Source of the DNA: Alkalispirochaeta sp. | GTDB lineage: Bacteria; Spirochaetota; Spirochaetia; DSM-27196; Alkalispirochaetaceae | Length of the DNA stretch: 64,000 nucleotides | Direction: 5' to 3' | Assembly: GCA_965242725.1 (NCBI GenBank) | Contig: CBDESZ010000001.1 | Span: forward strand, 58,680 to 122,679 | Part shown: positions 39,186-49,467 of the stretch, piece after piece | Layout: every line of letters begins with the position of its first letter | How positions within the stretch are numbered: the stretch's first letter is position 1 | The notes under the pieces: model-generated | Told to the model about the DNA's origin: nothing | Database searches by the model: none | The model's input: the letters and a program-made list of their open reading frames with translations, nothing else | Translations under genes and position numbers: made by a program

Positions 39186-39298
39186 ATCGAGAAAGAATCC
39201 GTATTGAAGCATATCGCTCGTCCGTGAATCACAGATGAACGGCAGCTGAAGGTTCGCTGAGGATAACGAGCTTCCGTATACTTGCGTCAGTAGCACGG

Positions 39299-39823
39299 TC
39301 ACTGCGTGTCGCGAAGGTACCAGATAAGGTTGGACACATCGTTGTCCACCCCGTGGTCGTCAAGTACCTGGGCCATTTGCCCGCGATGGTGGGTCTGGTG
39401 GTTGAAAAGGTGAAGCAGTATCTGCCAGAGAGGCTGGGTGTACTCGTCTCCCCGGCTGGTCCGGTAGGTGATATGTCGACGTAACGCTTCATCATCCAAT
39501 GACCTCGCGTACTCCATGAGAAATTCATCAAGACGACGGCGGTACTGCACCCAGGAGTCGAATGTATCGAAGGGATTGTCCCGGAGTGTTCGGAAGGAAA
39601 TGTCCGGTACAGGATTACCGTGAGTCGTGGTCGCACCGATTCGACGCAGCCAGGTGACATCTGCAATGACGATATGGGCAAGGAGGTCAAGAAGCGTGCC
39701 GAAATAGGTGGTCTTCCTGTGAAGAAGATCATCCCGGCGGGCAAGGAGCTCCGCGATTTTTTCATTTACCTGCCGGTTATACCGGGACAGGGTCCGGATC
39801 ACATCGGTAAGTCCGTTGTTCAT
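39299..39823 (-). CDS. DinB/YfiT-family protein
   Basis: 'YNRQVN', 'LAHIVIAD..WL', 'HLFNHQTHHRGQ'. Confidence 0.9.
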   Translation of the reverse strand: MNNGLTDVIRTLSRYNRQVNEKIAELLARRDDLLHRKTTYFGTLLDLLAHIVIADVTWLRRIGATTTHGNPVPDISFRTLRDNPFDTFDSWVQYRRRLDEFLMEYARSLDDEALRRHITYRTSRGDEYTQPLWQILLHLFNHQTHHRGQMAQVLDDHGVDNDVSNLIWYLRDTQ

Positions 39824-39904
39824 GATATCTCCATCATGATACGCAGCGGGATGGCAGTGCAACCGCGCAGGTTGTACACTATCCACGAGGAAGGAGTAGC
39901 CCCA

Positions 39905-40516
39905 ATGGCGCAGAAACCATCAAAAGGCGGTAAACCCATTCCGCCTGTTATCATAGATCGAAATTTCACCCCCCCGCAAATAGAAGAACTGCTCGTGACA
40001 CTGCAGGAGCGATTTGAGACCAATATGTCCCGCCACGACGGTATTGCGTGGAACGAGGTCCGGTCCAGAGTGGAGGCGAGTCCCGACGTTCTGTCGACGC
40101 TGTTTGCGATGGAACGGACCGGCGGCGAGCCTGACGTGATCGGGTACGACGCCGCAACGGAGAAATACCTCTTCTACGATTGTTCTACCCAGAGCCCTCA
40201 GGGGCGCAGAAGCATTTGCTATGACGGACCGGCCCAGGCGGAGCGGGAAAAAAGCGGTGTATACCCCGGCGGGAACGCCGTCGACATTGCTGCCGCAATG
40301 GGTGTGGAACTGCTGAACGAAGAGGAGTATCGCCTGCTCCAGACTCTTGGGGAGTTTGACACGACGACGGAGAGCTGGATTGCCACTCCCCCGGAAATCC
40401 GGAAACGGGGCGGGGCGATTTTCGCCGACCGGCGTTACGGGCGGGTATTTGTCTTTCACAACAGCGCACCATCTTTTTACCGATCCAGGGGATTTCGCGG
40501 TTCCGTGAAGGTCTGA
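39905..40516 (+). CDS. DUF4256-family protein
   Basis: 'RFETNMSRH', 'MERTGGEPDV', 'SPQGRRSICYD', 'RGFRG'; SD AAGGAG. Confidence 0.85.
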   Translation: MAQKPSKGGKPIPPVIIDRNFTPPQIEELLVTLQERFETNMSRHDGIAWNEVRSRVEASPDVLSTLFAMERTGGEPDVIGYDAATEKYLFYDCSTQSPQGRRSICYDGPAQAEREKSGVYPGGNAVDIAAAMGVELLNEEEYRLLQTLGEFDTTTESWIATPPEIRKRGGAIFADRRYGRVFVFHNSAPSFYRSRGFRGSVKV

Positions 40517-40520
40517 GACA

Positions 40521-41132
40521 ATGGATTTGTTGTTGTACTACCTGGATTTGGCGGGAGTTGCCGTCTTTTCGGTAAGCGGCGTTCTCGCAGCCCGGGACCG
40601 CGACCTCGACCTCCTCGGAGTTGTCGTCGTGGCCGCTATCACCGCCATCGGCGGCGGAACACTGCGGGACCTCCTTCTTGATCGTCACCCCATCTTCTGG
40701 ATCACCGATACGCGGTACCTCCTCGTCATTTTTGCAGCCGCCCTCGGTACCGTGGTGTACCTGCGTATCCGGCCACGTCCGGGTATCACCCTGCTTGTGG
40801 CCGACGCGGCGGGCCTGGCGGTTTTTGCACTCTCCGGTGCCCGACTCGCCGATATCGCGGGGTATACCTCGTTGATAGTCGTTCTCATGGGTACCATGAC
40901 CGGCGTCACCGGCGGAATTCTTCGGGACGTTCTCACCGCCCGGGTTCCCCTGGTTCTGCGCAGGGAAATCTACGCCACCGCCGCAATCGCCGGATGTACG
41001 TTCTATCTCCTTCTTCAGTGGGCCGGCGTGCCCGACGCGGCATCGTTTTCCACCGGAGTTGTCGTCGTCATGTTGCTCCGCCTTCTCGGTATCCGATTTG
41101 GTCTCCACCTGCCGGGAATGGGCGGATCATGA
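40521..41132 (+). CDS. UPF0126 / trimeric intracellular cation channel family membrane protein
   Basis: 'TAIGGGTLRDLL', 'TGVTGGILRDVL', 'EIYATAA'. Confidence 0.92.
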   Translation: MDLLLYYLDLAGVAVFSVSGVLAARDRDLDLLGVVVVAAITAIGGGTLRDLLLDRHPIFWITDTRYLLVIFAAALGTVVYLRIRPRPGITLLVADAAGLAVFALSGARLADIAGYTSLIVVLMGTMTGVTGGILRDVLTARVPLVLRREIYATAAIAGCTFYLLLQWAGVPDAASFSTGVVVVMLLRLLGIRFGLHLPGMGGS

Positions 41133-41212
41133 GAATCGGATTCAATTCACCGCGATCGACATGAAAATACGTGACACAAACGACGGTCTCCGTGATACTA
41201 TTCCCCGAAAAC

Positions 41213-41692
41213 ATGAAGGCAGCACACATAAACCCGTTTCTCGACGCTACAATCAACATGTTTCGACAGACCTTTGGAATCGTTCCTGAGGCGGGGAAAC
41301 CATTCATCGTCAAACACGCAAGCACACACCGCTGGGACGTGTCGGGCGTCATGGTACTGACGGGAACGGTGGTAGGCGTTGTCGTCATAAGACTTACCAA
41401 ATTTCTCACCGTCAAACTCCTCACGCGGGCCAACATCGACTGCGAGACGGAAGAGGAGCGGGAGGACCTGGTTAACGGTCTCGTCGGAGAACTTGTGAAC
41501 GTCATTTCCGGCAGCGCCGCGGCAAAGCTGCAGGGGTTTGACATCAAAGTCTCGGTGCCCTTTGTCGTGCAGGGCACCAATCACTCCGTCATGTGGCCGG
41601 AACGTTCCCCGATTGTAGGTATTCCCTTCAACACGCCTCACGGCCCCTTCCTCGTAAACGTCAGCCTCCTCGAGCCCAAGTCGCACGGTTAG
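41213..41692 (+). CDS. cheX: Chemotaxis phosphatase CheX
   Basis: 'INPFLDA', 'VSGVMVLTG', ExxN motif 'GELVNVISG', 'SVPFVVQG', 'IPFNTPHG'. Confidence 0.88.
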   Translation: MKAAHINPFLDATINMFRQTFGIVPEAGKPFIVKHASTHRWDVSGVMVLTGTVVGVVVIRLTKFLTVKLLTRANIDCETEEEREDLVNGLVGELVNVISGSAAAKLQGFDIKVSVPFVVQGTNHSVMWPERSPIVGIPFNTPHGPFLVNVSLLEPKSHG

Positions 41693-41833
41693 ACAGTACG
41701 CCTCGCTGTGGCGTCGTCCCGATAAACACAAATTGCCCGATATCGGGGCCATCCGGGACCGGCGGGTGTGACGGGGCTCCTCCAATGTCGAATTTCACCC
41801 TGTTTGTATCCTATAAGAATACTCAGAAAATCA

Positions 41834-41863
41834 TTGACCATATGTTTCCACCGGATTTAGAAT
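41834..41863 (+). promoter_or_regulatory. Sigma70 promoter followed by 5' hairpin
   Basis: TTGACC-18-TAGAAT; TGTGTCG/CGACACA stem 41877-41912. Confidence 0.5.
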
Positions 41864-41938
41864 AAAATTATTAAAATGTGTCGTGTTTTTCGAGCAATCC
41901 GACTGCGACACAGGTAATGAAGTAGAGGAGTAACACAG

Positions 41939-43708
41939 ATGACTCAGTCCTTTTCTCTTAGAAGGAGCTGTGTCATCGCACTGCATTTCTTATTGTACCT
42001 CCTGTTGGCGATGACCATTTCTTGTCTCAATCCGACTTCAGATGAAGGTGGTGGAAGCGAGCCGACAGGTTCTCTCACGCTTTCGATCTCCGACGGAGTC
42101 AGCGCACTCGACGTTACGCTGGATATAGATATGGATCCCGCGTTTTATAACGTCAGCGGCGTCGGCCCGGGGAACCGTTCGTTTCGGGTGACAAACGTGC
42201 AGCCGGGAACCGACGTCGCTGTTGATCGACTTCTCGCGGGCTCCTGGACCGTTACCGTTACCGCGCTGAATGAAGACGCCGTCTCCATCGGCTCCGGGAC
42301 GGCAACGGTAACAATTACCCCCGGCGGGCAGACGGGAGCGTCCGTCACGGTCCGGCCCTTTGACGGTACGGGCACCTTCAACCTGACCATACGCTGGGAG
42401 GAAGGTGTCATCTACGGTGACACCCAGGATGCCGAAGCGACCCTTACCAGTTCCGGCGGAGAATCCGTCACCGACGTCGAAATGACCCAGAACGGGGCAT
42501 CTTTTACCGGTACGGCTGCGCCCCTGGAGGCGGGATACTACATTCTCTCCATGAAACTCCTGGACAACGGGTACGAAATATGGCCGGGTGCCATCGATAC
42601 GGTGCGAATCGTGAAAAATGGAACTTCAACCGGCGACTTTCTGCTCACGCCGGATGATGTCGATCCCATCATCGGCGACATCGACGTGGGAATCATCAAC
42701 GAGTTTAACGACCCCCTTGATGTAAGTCTGACCGTTTCCGATTCTCCGGTAAACGCGGGAGGAGTCGACCCGGCGGTGATCACCTCGCAGGTCACTACCG
42801 AGGGATTCGACCCGGAGTCGGCGTTGTATACGTGGTTTGTGGACGGCGATCTCCAGGAAGGCGCGGGGAGCGACAGCCTGTCGTTGTACCCCGATGATCT
42901 TGTAACGTTGAAGCCGGATCAGGGCCAGGGGGCACGGGTATTTCGCGTCGATCTTGTCGTAACGGACGGGACGGCGTTGAGTTCCGCCACCGCCACCATC
43001 GTCCTGGTCTATCCCGATGTGATTGCCCACGATGATTGGGTATGGGATGGTGAGGTACCGGAAGGTCAGGTGGCGGCAATCGCCGCGGATGAAACGTATC
43101 CCGGTGGGGATACCGATCTTAACGGATGGAGTTTTGAAAACATCGGTGACGATGAGTGGGTGCAGGGACCGTTGACCGAGGGATTCGGGACCAAGATCAA
43201 CTGGTACTTTTTTGGAGATGCAACCCATTCGGTGAAAGTATCGGACCTCGAAACTTATTGGGTGGAGCTGCAGAACAGATCCGATACCTATGGGGACGGC
43301 GAAATGTGGATTCAACTCTATACCCATCCTGAAGGCGAAGGTGACGGAGGCAGCTGGTACCGCAGCACGGCGCGATACTATCTGACAAACGAGAATTTTC
43401 CCCAAGGAGAGAAGACTCTCTTTTCCGTCGGTTCCGTATCACCGGATGCGGCGCGATTCGTCGGTATCGACGGGACTGAAAACGCTATTCATAAAGACAT
43501 CATGTCACCCGATAGTGGAGAGGGCCCCTATGATCCCGATAACACAGACTTTGCCGACCAGACGATTTTGGCGATTGCCCTCGCCACAAACAGTGCCGCC
43601 GAGCCAGGGGTATTGGAGTTTACCGCCCTCGGCGCCGGATACAAGATCTCGGGAATGGGTCAACGCGAATTCATTACCGTCGCGGGCGAAAGTGAGCCTG
43701 TACGATAG
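41939..43708 (+). CDS. Acidic beta-rich surface lipoprotein with Ig-like modules
   Basis: Hydrophobic signal ending 'TISC', T/G/D-rich beta strands; SD GAGGAG. Confidence 0.7.
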   Translation: MTQSFSLRRSCVIALHFLLYLLLAMTISCLNPTSDEGGGSEPTGSLTLSISDGVSALDVTLDIDMDPAFYNVSGVGPGNRSFRVTNVQPGTDVAVDRLLAGSWTVTVTALNEDAVSIGSGTATVTITPGGQTGASVTVRPFDGTGTFNLTIRWEEGVIYGDTQDAEATLTSSGGESVTDVEMTQNGASFTGTAAPLEAGYYILSMKLLDNGYEIWPGAIDTVRIVKNGTSTGDFLLTPDDVDPIIGDIDVGIINEFNDPLDVSLTVSDSPVNAGGVDPAVITSQVTTEGFDPESALYTWFVDGDLQEGAGSDSLSLYPDDLVTLKPDQGQGARVFRVDLVVTDGTALSSATATIVLVYPDVIAHDDWVWDGEVPEGQVAAIAADETYPGGDTDLNGWSFENIGDDEWVQGPLTEGFGTKINWYFFGDATHSVKVSDLETYWVELQNRSDTYGDGEMWIQLYTHPEGEGDGGSWYRSTARYYLTNENFPQGEKTLFSVGSVSPDAARFVGIDGTENAIHKDIMSPDSGEGPYDPDNTDFADQTILAIALATNSAAEPGVLEFTALGAGYKISGMGQREFITVAGESEPVR

Positions 43709-43794
43709 CGGCAACCTGTCCCTACCGGTCGCTGACGGGTGACATAGATTTGAAGCATCCCCAGCGGTGGTTTGTTCCGTAGCCCGTCGGACGA

Positions 43795-45168
43795 TCACTG
43801 CCGGCGCTCCCGGCCCAGCCACTGCGTCCACACCGACGCCGCGGCGCGTTCCGACAGTCCGGCATCCCCGATCGGTGTCGCCGCGATTCCGGCGGTCGCG
43901 GCGGTAGCTGCGTTAAGGTCGGTCGCGCCGTCGTAATCGAGAATTCCCGTGTCACGCCAGATAGCGGATAGCGGATCGGAGTTCAGTGTATTCTCCCAGA
44001 AGTAACTGTAGTCAACAAGGGAAAACCAGACGACAAACTCCGCGTTCAGATTGTCTGCCTCCGCAAAGAGCGCCTCGGTAAAGGCGGCCTGGGCGGATTC
44101 GTCGGCGGTTCGCGCCAAAGAGTACGCGGGGATCGTCAGATCCTCCGCAATCCACCCCGTCTCCGTAAAGGCAACCGGCTTTCCGCCGGACAGTGAGGTG
44201 ATCTGACTCACCCAGTCCGACGGCAGCCCGAACGGAGCATGTATGGCCGGATCAAAGAACGCATAGGGATAAACGCTGATACCCAATACGTCAACGTAAT
44301 CGGTAAGGGCCCCGATGTTGTACCGTATCGTCTGCATGTCAGCCGAATCGGGGTGCTTGAGGGCGATGGAAACCATGAGCGGCAGCGAGGGATACTCAAC
44401 CTTCAAAGCCGTATAGACTCTGTCGACAAAAACGAGAAACTCCCCGTACTCCGTTGCATCATGGAGGAGAAGATCGCTGATCTCCGACGCATAGTTGAAA
44501 TAGGCGATTTCAAGTCCCCGGCTGTTGAACTCGTCAATCACCGCACGGGCGTAACTCACAAAGGCATCGGCCACAACCTGGTCGGCAAAGGTCGCCGCGC
44601 TCCAGTCAATCTCCTCCGTCCCGCCGACATTCGGGTCCAGCGCCGTATTGTTCGGCCGGGGCTGCTGCTCGGTGCTGCCGTCATCGTCGTAGTCCTCACC
44701 ATAGTACCCGATGAGATCGTCCCGCCCGGTATTGGTCGTATCTATGGCGAGATAGACTCTATCGACGACGTCGGTCTGTCCCGTTCGCAGGTCAATCTCC
44801 GCATACACGAGGGAGTGGTTTGTCCCGTCCGAGTCGTCACCATCGTACCCCGGCAGCCCCGTCGCAACGGGACTACCGCGCATCGCATACGCTTCGGGAT
44901 AGGGAATACCCTGCTGAAAATGGTGGGCGACAATATCGCCGTAGTCCTGAATAAGATCGTAGGTGTACAGGATCTCGTTGAAATCTCCGTCCATCCGGTA
45001 GGGCCACGGGGTAAATCCCATATAAAAGGAGCGGGTACTCACGTCGTCGGGACCTTCCGGTGCGTCGGTGCCGGAGTTCACCGGCGACTCACAACTCGTC
45101 GTCAGAAACAGAAAAAGCACCATCAGTGCCGTAGCGGTATACCGCCGGCGGTGATTCACAATCGTCAT
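43795..45168 (-). CDS. Lipoprotein, probable TIM-barrel glycoside hydrolase (clan GH-A-like)
   Basis: 'LTTSC' lipobox; 'YASEI' and 'FTETGW' candidate catalytic Glu; 'GISVYPY'. Confidence 0.6.
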   Translation of the reverse strand: MTIVNHRRRYTATALMVLFLFLTTSCESPVNSGTDAPEGPDDVSTRSFYMGFTPWPYRMDGDFNEILYTYDLIQDYGDIVAHHFQQGIPYPEAYAMRGSPVATGLPGYDGDDSDGTNHSLVYAEIDLRTGQTDVVDRVYLAIDTTNTGRDDLIGYYGEDYDDDGSTEQQPRPNNTALDPNVGGTEEIDWSAATFADQVVADAFVSYARAVIDEFNSRGLEIAYFNYASEISDLLLHDATEYGEFLVFVDRVYTALKVEYPSLPLMVSIALKHPDSADMQTIRYNIGALTDYVDVLGISVYPYAFFDPAIHAPFGLPSDWVSQITSLSGGKPVAFTETGWIAEDLTIPAYSLARTADESAQAAFTEALFAEADNLNAEFVVWFSLVDYSYFWENTLNSDPLSAIWRDTGILDYDGATDLNAATAATAGIAATPIGDAGLSERAAASVWTQWLGRERRQ

Positions 45169-45342
45169 ACCGATATAATTCCTCGTCTTTGGGTGATGTA
45201 TAAAAATCCTGAAGGCAAAGTATCGCGTCCTGTACGAAAATTCACCGGCAAATGGATTCTATCGACAAATTTTATATATTGAACGCCGGCGTTCCGCGAT
45301 GCCGCACCTCCCGGCCCGCGGGAGCAAGACCGCTCCGCACGC

Positions 45343-47766
45343 TCACGGTACCGTGAGAACAACCGTTTCCGACGGATCGGACCATATCTCTTCATTAAAC
45401 ACCGTATCGTAGCGCCATGCGCGAACGCGTATGCGATAATCACCGGAGCTGATGGCCGCGCCGATTGATTCGATATCGGGACCCGTACTGAAGAAAGGCT
45501 GAAAATCGTAGGGGTCTGCCGTCGAGGCGATTTCAACGCGATAGCCCGTTTCCACATTGCTTTGATCTTCCCAATAGACATTCAGGGATGGATGTGGATC
45601 GGCACCAAAGAATCCCCATTCAACGCCGGTCAGGACGGGACGGTTGGGACGGGGAAGTGTGTACCGCCCGCTTCGCAGCAGGTCATGCCCGTACATCTCC
45701 CACTGGTTCCGTTCGGGGCGGTACGGGGGATCTGCGATCCCGGGAATGATCCATTTTCCGATAATGGCGCCGTATTTTTGACTTACCACGGGTGCCAGGA
45801 GGTCGGCGTGGCCGTCACCGTCAAAGTCACCCAGAACGGGGACGATTGCATAGGAAGTCTCCCCAAAGAGTACCTTGGGAAATTTCGGTGCCTCCATCTC
45901 GCTGCGCAGGCTGAAACCCCGTATACCGGTGACGCCGATACCGCCGCTTATTACCGTCAGTACGGGACGACTATGAAAGCTCGTTTCACCCACGATCGCC
46001 GGTCCCATGTAGGATTCGCCTGCGAGAAAGTCCAGAGGATTTATGTCGTAGAGACCCGGGTCGATCGTTGCACGACCGTGCCATGCGACGTTTCCGACGA
46101 TCACCTCCAATCCGTTTGTACCGTCCCCGTCAAGGTCGGCGATGGTCGCCGAAATCCCGCCGTCCGCACTGGCGAGCACAAATGGAGGAACCGCCTCTAC
46201 CACCCCGTTCTCGTCTATGACGTTGGGCCCAATCACCACTTCCAGGACACCGTCGCCGTCGATATCCCCGATGGCCGGTTTTGCGAGTCCCGAACCGCAC
46301 GCCCCCGTCGGGAGGGCCACCTTGGCAACATTTTCGACCGCGAGGCCGATACCGTCCTGGGTGCCGCCGCGACCGGTGGTCGTCCATCCCGGAAAGGGGA
46401 CCCACTGTCCTCCGCTCCGTCCGCCGCTCTGGTAGGTGAGCGCGTATGCACGGGTCATTGTGGAAAAGACGATCTCCACCATGGAATCACCGTCAAAGTC
46501 GGCCGCCGAGGGGGCGTGGCACACGCCCGACGGTGCGTCGTATATCAGGACCAATGCATCACTTCCGGGATCGTAGGTAAATACGCGGCCGTCCATTGTG
46601 GTGAGGACAACCTCGTAGTAATCATCGGTATCGAGATTCACAAGCAGGGGAACGGCCTTCGCCACATCGCCGGAGGACGTTGTCGGCACCTCCACCGACT
46701 GCTCAATGACAAGAGTGTCCTCGCCCGTATCGTAGGAAACGATCAATAGATCCGTGGAAGCCGTTCCGGCGGGCCAGACGATTTCCGGCCGTCCGTCGCC
46801 AAGGACATTCCCCACGGCTACTCCCGCCCGGGAACCGGTAATCACCGGCAATTGCCGGGACGTCGTTCCCTGATTGTCCCAGACAACCAGGCCGTCCGTT
46901 GCCTGATATCCGGCAAAGATGATCTCGGCGCTGCCGTCCAGGTCCAGATCGGCAGCGGCGGCGGACCGTGCGGTCGGTCCGTGGAATTTCGGCCATCCGC
47001 TTGCCGCCGTACGGTCAATTATCACTTCGTTATTGAGGTAGTCAAAAACGTCTGTTCCATTTTCGTCGTAGCGTACGGTAAGGCGTATATCGATCTGTGT
47101 TCCGTCGGGGATTCCGGCGATGTCCCAGACGGCAAGCGTGTCGCTCGCCGTGCCGTCGACGGGGGTGGAATACCACCCCTTACCGAGAACGGGATCGTCC
47201 TGATCGGGATCTACAAAGGCCCATTCCGAAAAAGCGCCGACGGTCTTCCACTCCAGGGTGTACCCGACAAAGGCCTCGGAATCATTAAGGTTGTCGTCGT
47301 AGGCGGTCCCGGTTATCTCTACAACCGACATCTCGTCGATATAGGCGGACGACGAGGGGTAGGTCACGCTGTTGGGGCTGACATCATAGGTCAGCTCCGC
47401 AGTTGCCAGCAGATTCTCGGGCTGGGATTTCCAGTTACAGTCCGCAACAGAGTTCTTGCACACCCCAATGGTAATCGTAACCGGTCCCGGTGTACCCGGC
47501 GTCCAGACGATGAGGCCGCCGACGGAATCGATGGTAATTTCAGTTTCGCCGCCCTTGTCGACGAGGACCCAATTCGAAGATTCGAAACACAGTTTGGGGC
47601 TGGGCGATGCCGACGCCGTTCCGCTCACTTCAAAGCCCACATGAGGATCAAAGGTCGGCGGCGTAATCGTATACGTCGCGTCCGGGTCCGGGCAGTCCGC
47701 AAAGAGCGGGAGTCCCCAGAACATTCCCGCCAGGATCCAGAAGGTGACCATCATTCGCCTTTTCAT
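45343..47766 (-). CDS. Secreted FG-GAP/VCBS repeat protein with Ig-like N-terminus and FN3-like C-terminus
   Basis: About seven Ca-binding repeats (ADLDLDG, GNVLGDG, VNLDTDD, ADFDGDS, GDIDGDG, ADLDGDG, GDFDGDG); 'WEDQSNVETGYRVE'. Confidence 0.8.
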   Translation of the reverse strand: MKRRMMVTFWILAGMFWGLPLFADCPDPDATYTITPPTFDPHVGFEVSGTASASPSPKLCFESSNWVLVDKGGETEITIDSVGGLIVWTPGTPGPVTITIGVCKNSVADCNWKSQPENLLATAELTYDVSPNSVTYPSSSAYIDEMSVVEITGTAYDDNLNDSEAFVGYTLEWKTVGAFSEWAFVDPDQDDPVLGKGWYSTPVDGTASDTLAVWDIAGIPDGTQIDIRLTVRYDENGTDVFDYLNNEVIIDRTAASGWPKFHGPTARSAAAADLDLDGSAEIIFAGYQATDGLVVWDNQGTTSRQLPVITGSRAGVAVGNVLGDGRPEIVWPAGTASTDLLIVSYDTGEDTLVIEQSVEVPTTSSGDVAKAVPLLVNLDTDDYYEVVLTTMDGRVFTYDPGSDALVLIYDAPSGVCHAPSAADFDGDSMVEIVFSTMTRAYALTYQSGGRSGGQWVPFPGWTTTGRGGTQDGIGLAVENVAKVALPTGACGSGLAKPAIGDIDGDGVLEVVIGPNVIDENGVVEAVPPFVLASADGGISATIADLDGDGTNGLEVIVGNVAWHGRATIDPGLYDINPLDFLAGESYMGPAIVGETSFHSRPVLTVISGGIGVTGIRGFSLRSEMEAPKFPKVLFGETSYAIVPVLGDFDGDGHADLLAPVVSQKYGAIIGKWIIPGIADPPYRPERNQWEMYGHDLLRSGRYTLPRPNRPVLTGVEWGFFGADPHPSLNVYWEDQSNVETGYRVEIASTADPYDFQPFFSTGPDIESIGAAISSGDYRIRVRAWRYDTVFNEEIWSDPSETVVLTVP

Positions 47767-47834
47767 AGCGCCCCACCTTATTTCTTAGTTAATTTCTAAG
47801 ATATCTCCCGGGCGCTCAATAATCCAAAACGATC

Positions 47835-49349
47835 CTACTCTCCCCGGGGAAAGCGGTTTCGTTCTTCAACCACGTTCAGGTCCATGTGGTTGCGCATATA
47901 ACGGTTCGTCCCGTCCTTCACGGGCTGGAAGTCCCACGGCGTATACTCGCCCCGGCGGAGCGCTTCATAGGCGGTCAGGCGGCGCTGCTGGCTCGCCCGT
48001 ACGTCGGCGTCAAACTGTGTCAGGTTCCACCGTTCTTCCGCCTGCCCGGCAAACCGGCGGTGGATATGGGCATACTCCTCATTTCCGGCGAGATTGTGCA
48101 GTTCATGGGGGTCCGCCTCCAGGTCAAACAACTGATCCGGGTCAAGTTCACAGCGGTTGAATTTCCATCGTCCCTGCCTGATCGAGACTACCGGGGCGTA
48201 GCTCGCCTCGGCAGCGTACTCCATAATTACCGGTTCCTCCCGCGCCTCTCCGCGGGTCAGCGGGAGAAGACTCATACCGTCGGTAAAGGGAGTCACCCCG
48301 GACATATCCATACCGACGAGATCCGCAAGCGCGGGGTTTACGTCGATCAGGGACACCGGCGTGGTTATACGTCCCGGAGTCAGGCCCGGCGCCGAAATGA
48401 GAAGGGGAACCCGGGAGGAACCGTCATAGGGTGACATCTTGAACCACAGTCCCCGCTCGCCGAGCATGTCGCCGTGGTCTGAAAGAAAGACGACGATGGT
48501 ATTCTCTTCCTGCCGGGTATCCCGTAACGCCCTGAGAATCGCGCCGATCTGCTCGTCCAGATAGGAGACATTGGCAAAGTACGCCCGCCGGGAACGGCGT
48601 ATGTCCTCCTCCTGTATGGTGAAGTTGTGCCGGTCGTTTGCATCCAGGATACGCCGGGAATGGGGATCCTGATCCTCGTAGGGAATCGCCGGGATCTCCG
48701 GCATCAAATGCTCGCAATCTTCGTAGAGATCCCAGTATCGTCTGCGTGCGACATAGGGATCGTGGGGATGGCTGAAACTCACCGTGACCATCCACGGGCG
48801 CCCGTCGGTGCCGCGGGCAAGGTCATAGATCTTCGCCTTTCCTTCATGGGCGACGTCGTCGTCAAACTCAAGTTGATTACTGATCTCCGCAACACCGGAC
48901 CCCGTCACGGAGCCCATGTTGTGGTACCACCACTCCGCCCGCTCTCCCGGTTTTCGGTAATCCGGCGTCCACCCGAAATCGGCGGGGTAGATGTCCGTGG
49001 TCAGCCGTTCTTCAAAACCGTGCAACTGATCGGGTCCGACAAAGTGCATTTTCCCGACGAGGCACGTCTGATATCCCGCCCGTCGAAGGTGATGGGCGTA
49101 GGTCGGGGTATCGGAGCGCATTTCCGCACCGTTGTCATAGACTCCGGTACGGCTCGGCAGCTGCCCCGCCATAAAGCTTGCCCGGGCGGGCGCGCACAAT
49201 GGGGAGGGGGTATAGCAGTTGGAGAACCGCACAGACCTCTCGGAAAGGGCGCGGAGGTTTGGTGTGTGAAGCCAGTCCACGGGGCCATCGGGAAAAAGCG
49301 TACCCGTGAGCTGATCGACCATGAAAATGAGAACGTTCGGTTGTGCCAT
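47835..49349 (-). CDS. betC: Choline sulfatase
   Basis: 'SPLCAPAR', 'GKMHFVGPDQLHGFEERLTTDIYPADFGW', 'HPHDPY', 'RYMRNHMDLN'. Confidence 0.93.
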   Translation of the reverse strand: MAQPNVLIFMVDQLTGTLFPDGPVDWLHTPNLRALSERSVRFSNCYTPSPLCAPARASFMAGQLPSRTGVYDNGAEMRSDTPTYAHHLRRAGYQTCLVGKMHFVGPDQLHGFEERLTTDIYPADFGWTPDYRKPGERAEWWYHNMGSVTGSGVAEISNQLEFDDDVAHEGKAKIYDLARGTDGRPWMVTVSFSHPHDPYVARRRYWDLYEDCEHLMPEIPAIPYEDQDPHSRRILDANDRHNFTIQEEDIRRSRRAYFANVSYLDEQIGAILRALRDTRQEENTIVVFLSDHGDMLGERGLWFKMSPYDGSSRVPLLISAPGLTPGRITTPVSLIDVNPALADLVGMDMSGVTPFTDGMSLLPLTRGEAREEPVIMEYAAEASYAPVVSIRQGRWKFNRCELDPDQLFDLEADPHELHNLAGNEEYAHIHRRFAGQAEERWNLTQFDADVRASQQRRLTAYEALRRGEYTPWDFQPVKDGTNRYMRNHMDLNVVEERNRFPRGE

Positions 49350-49467
49350 GGCACCAAGCATAACAGGCGTCGCCTTCACAGAAAACCTGATCTGCTGTCC
49401 ACAACCGTGCGGGTGGAAGCGAGTGGAAACTCCCGAAACTCGGTCCGGCTCTCTATCGCACCTGTCC

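Noticed and set aside
39243..39285. CTGAGGA as hammerhead ribozyme core
   Set aside because: No stem II followed by GAAA
45200..45265. Two GGCAAA motifs suggesting a c-di-GMP-I riboswitch
   Set aside because: Wrong strand for the adjacent gene and no paired stems or GNRA receptor
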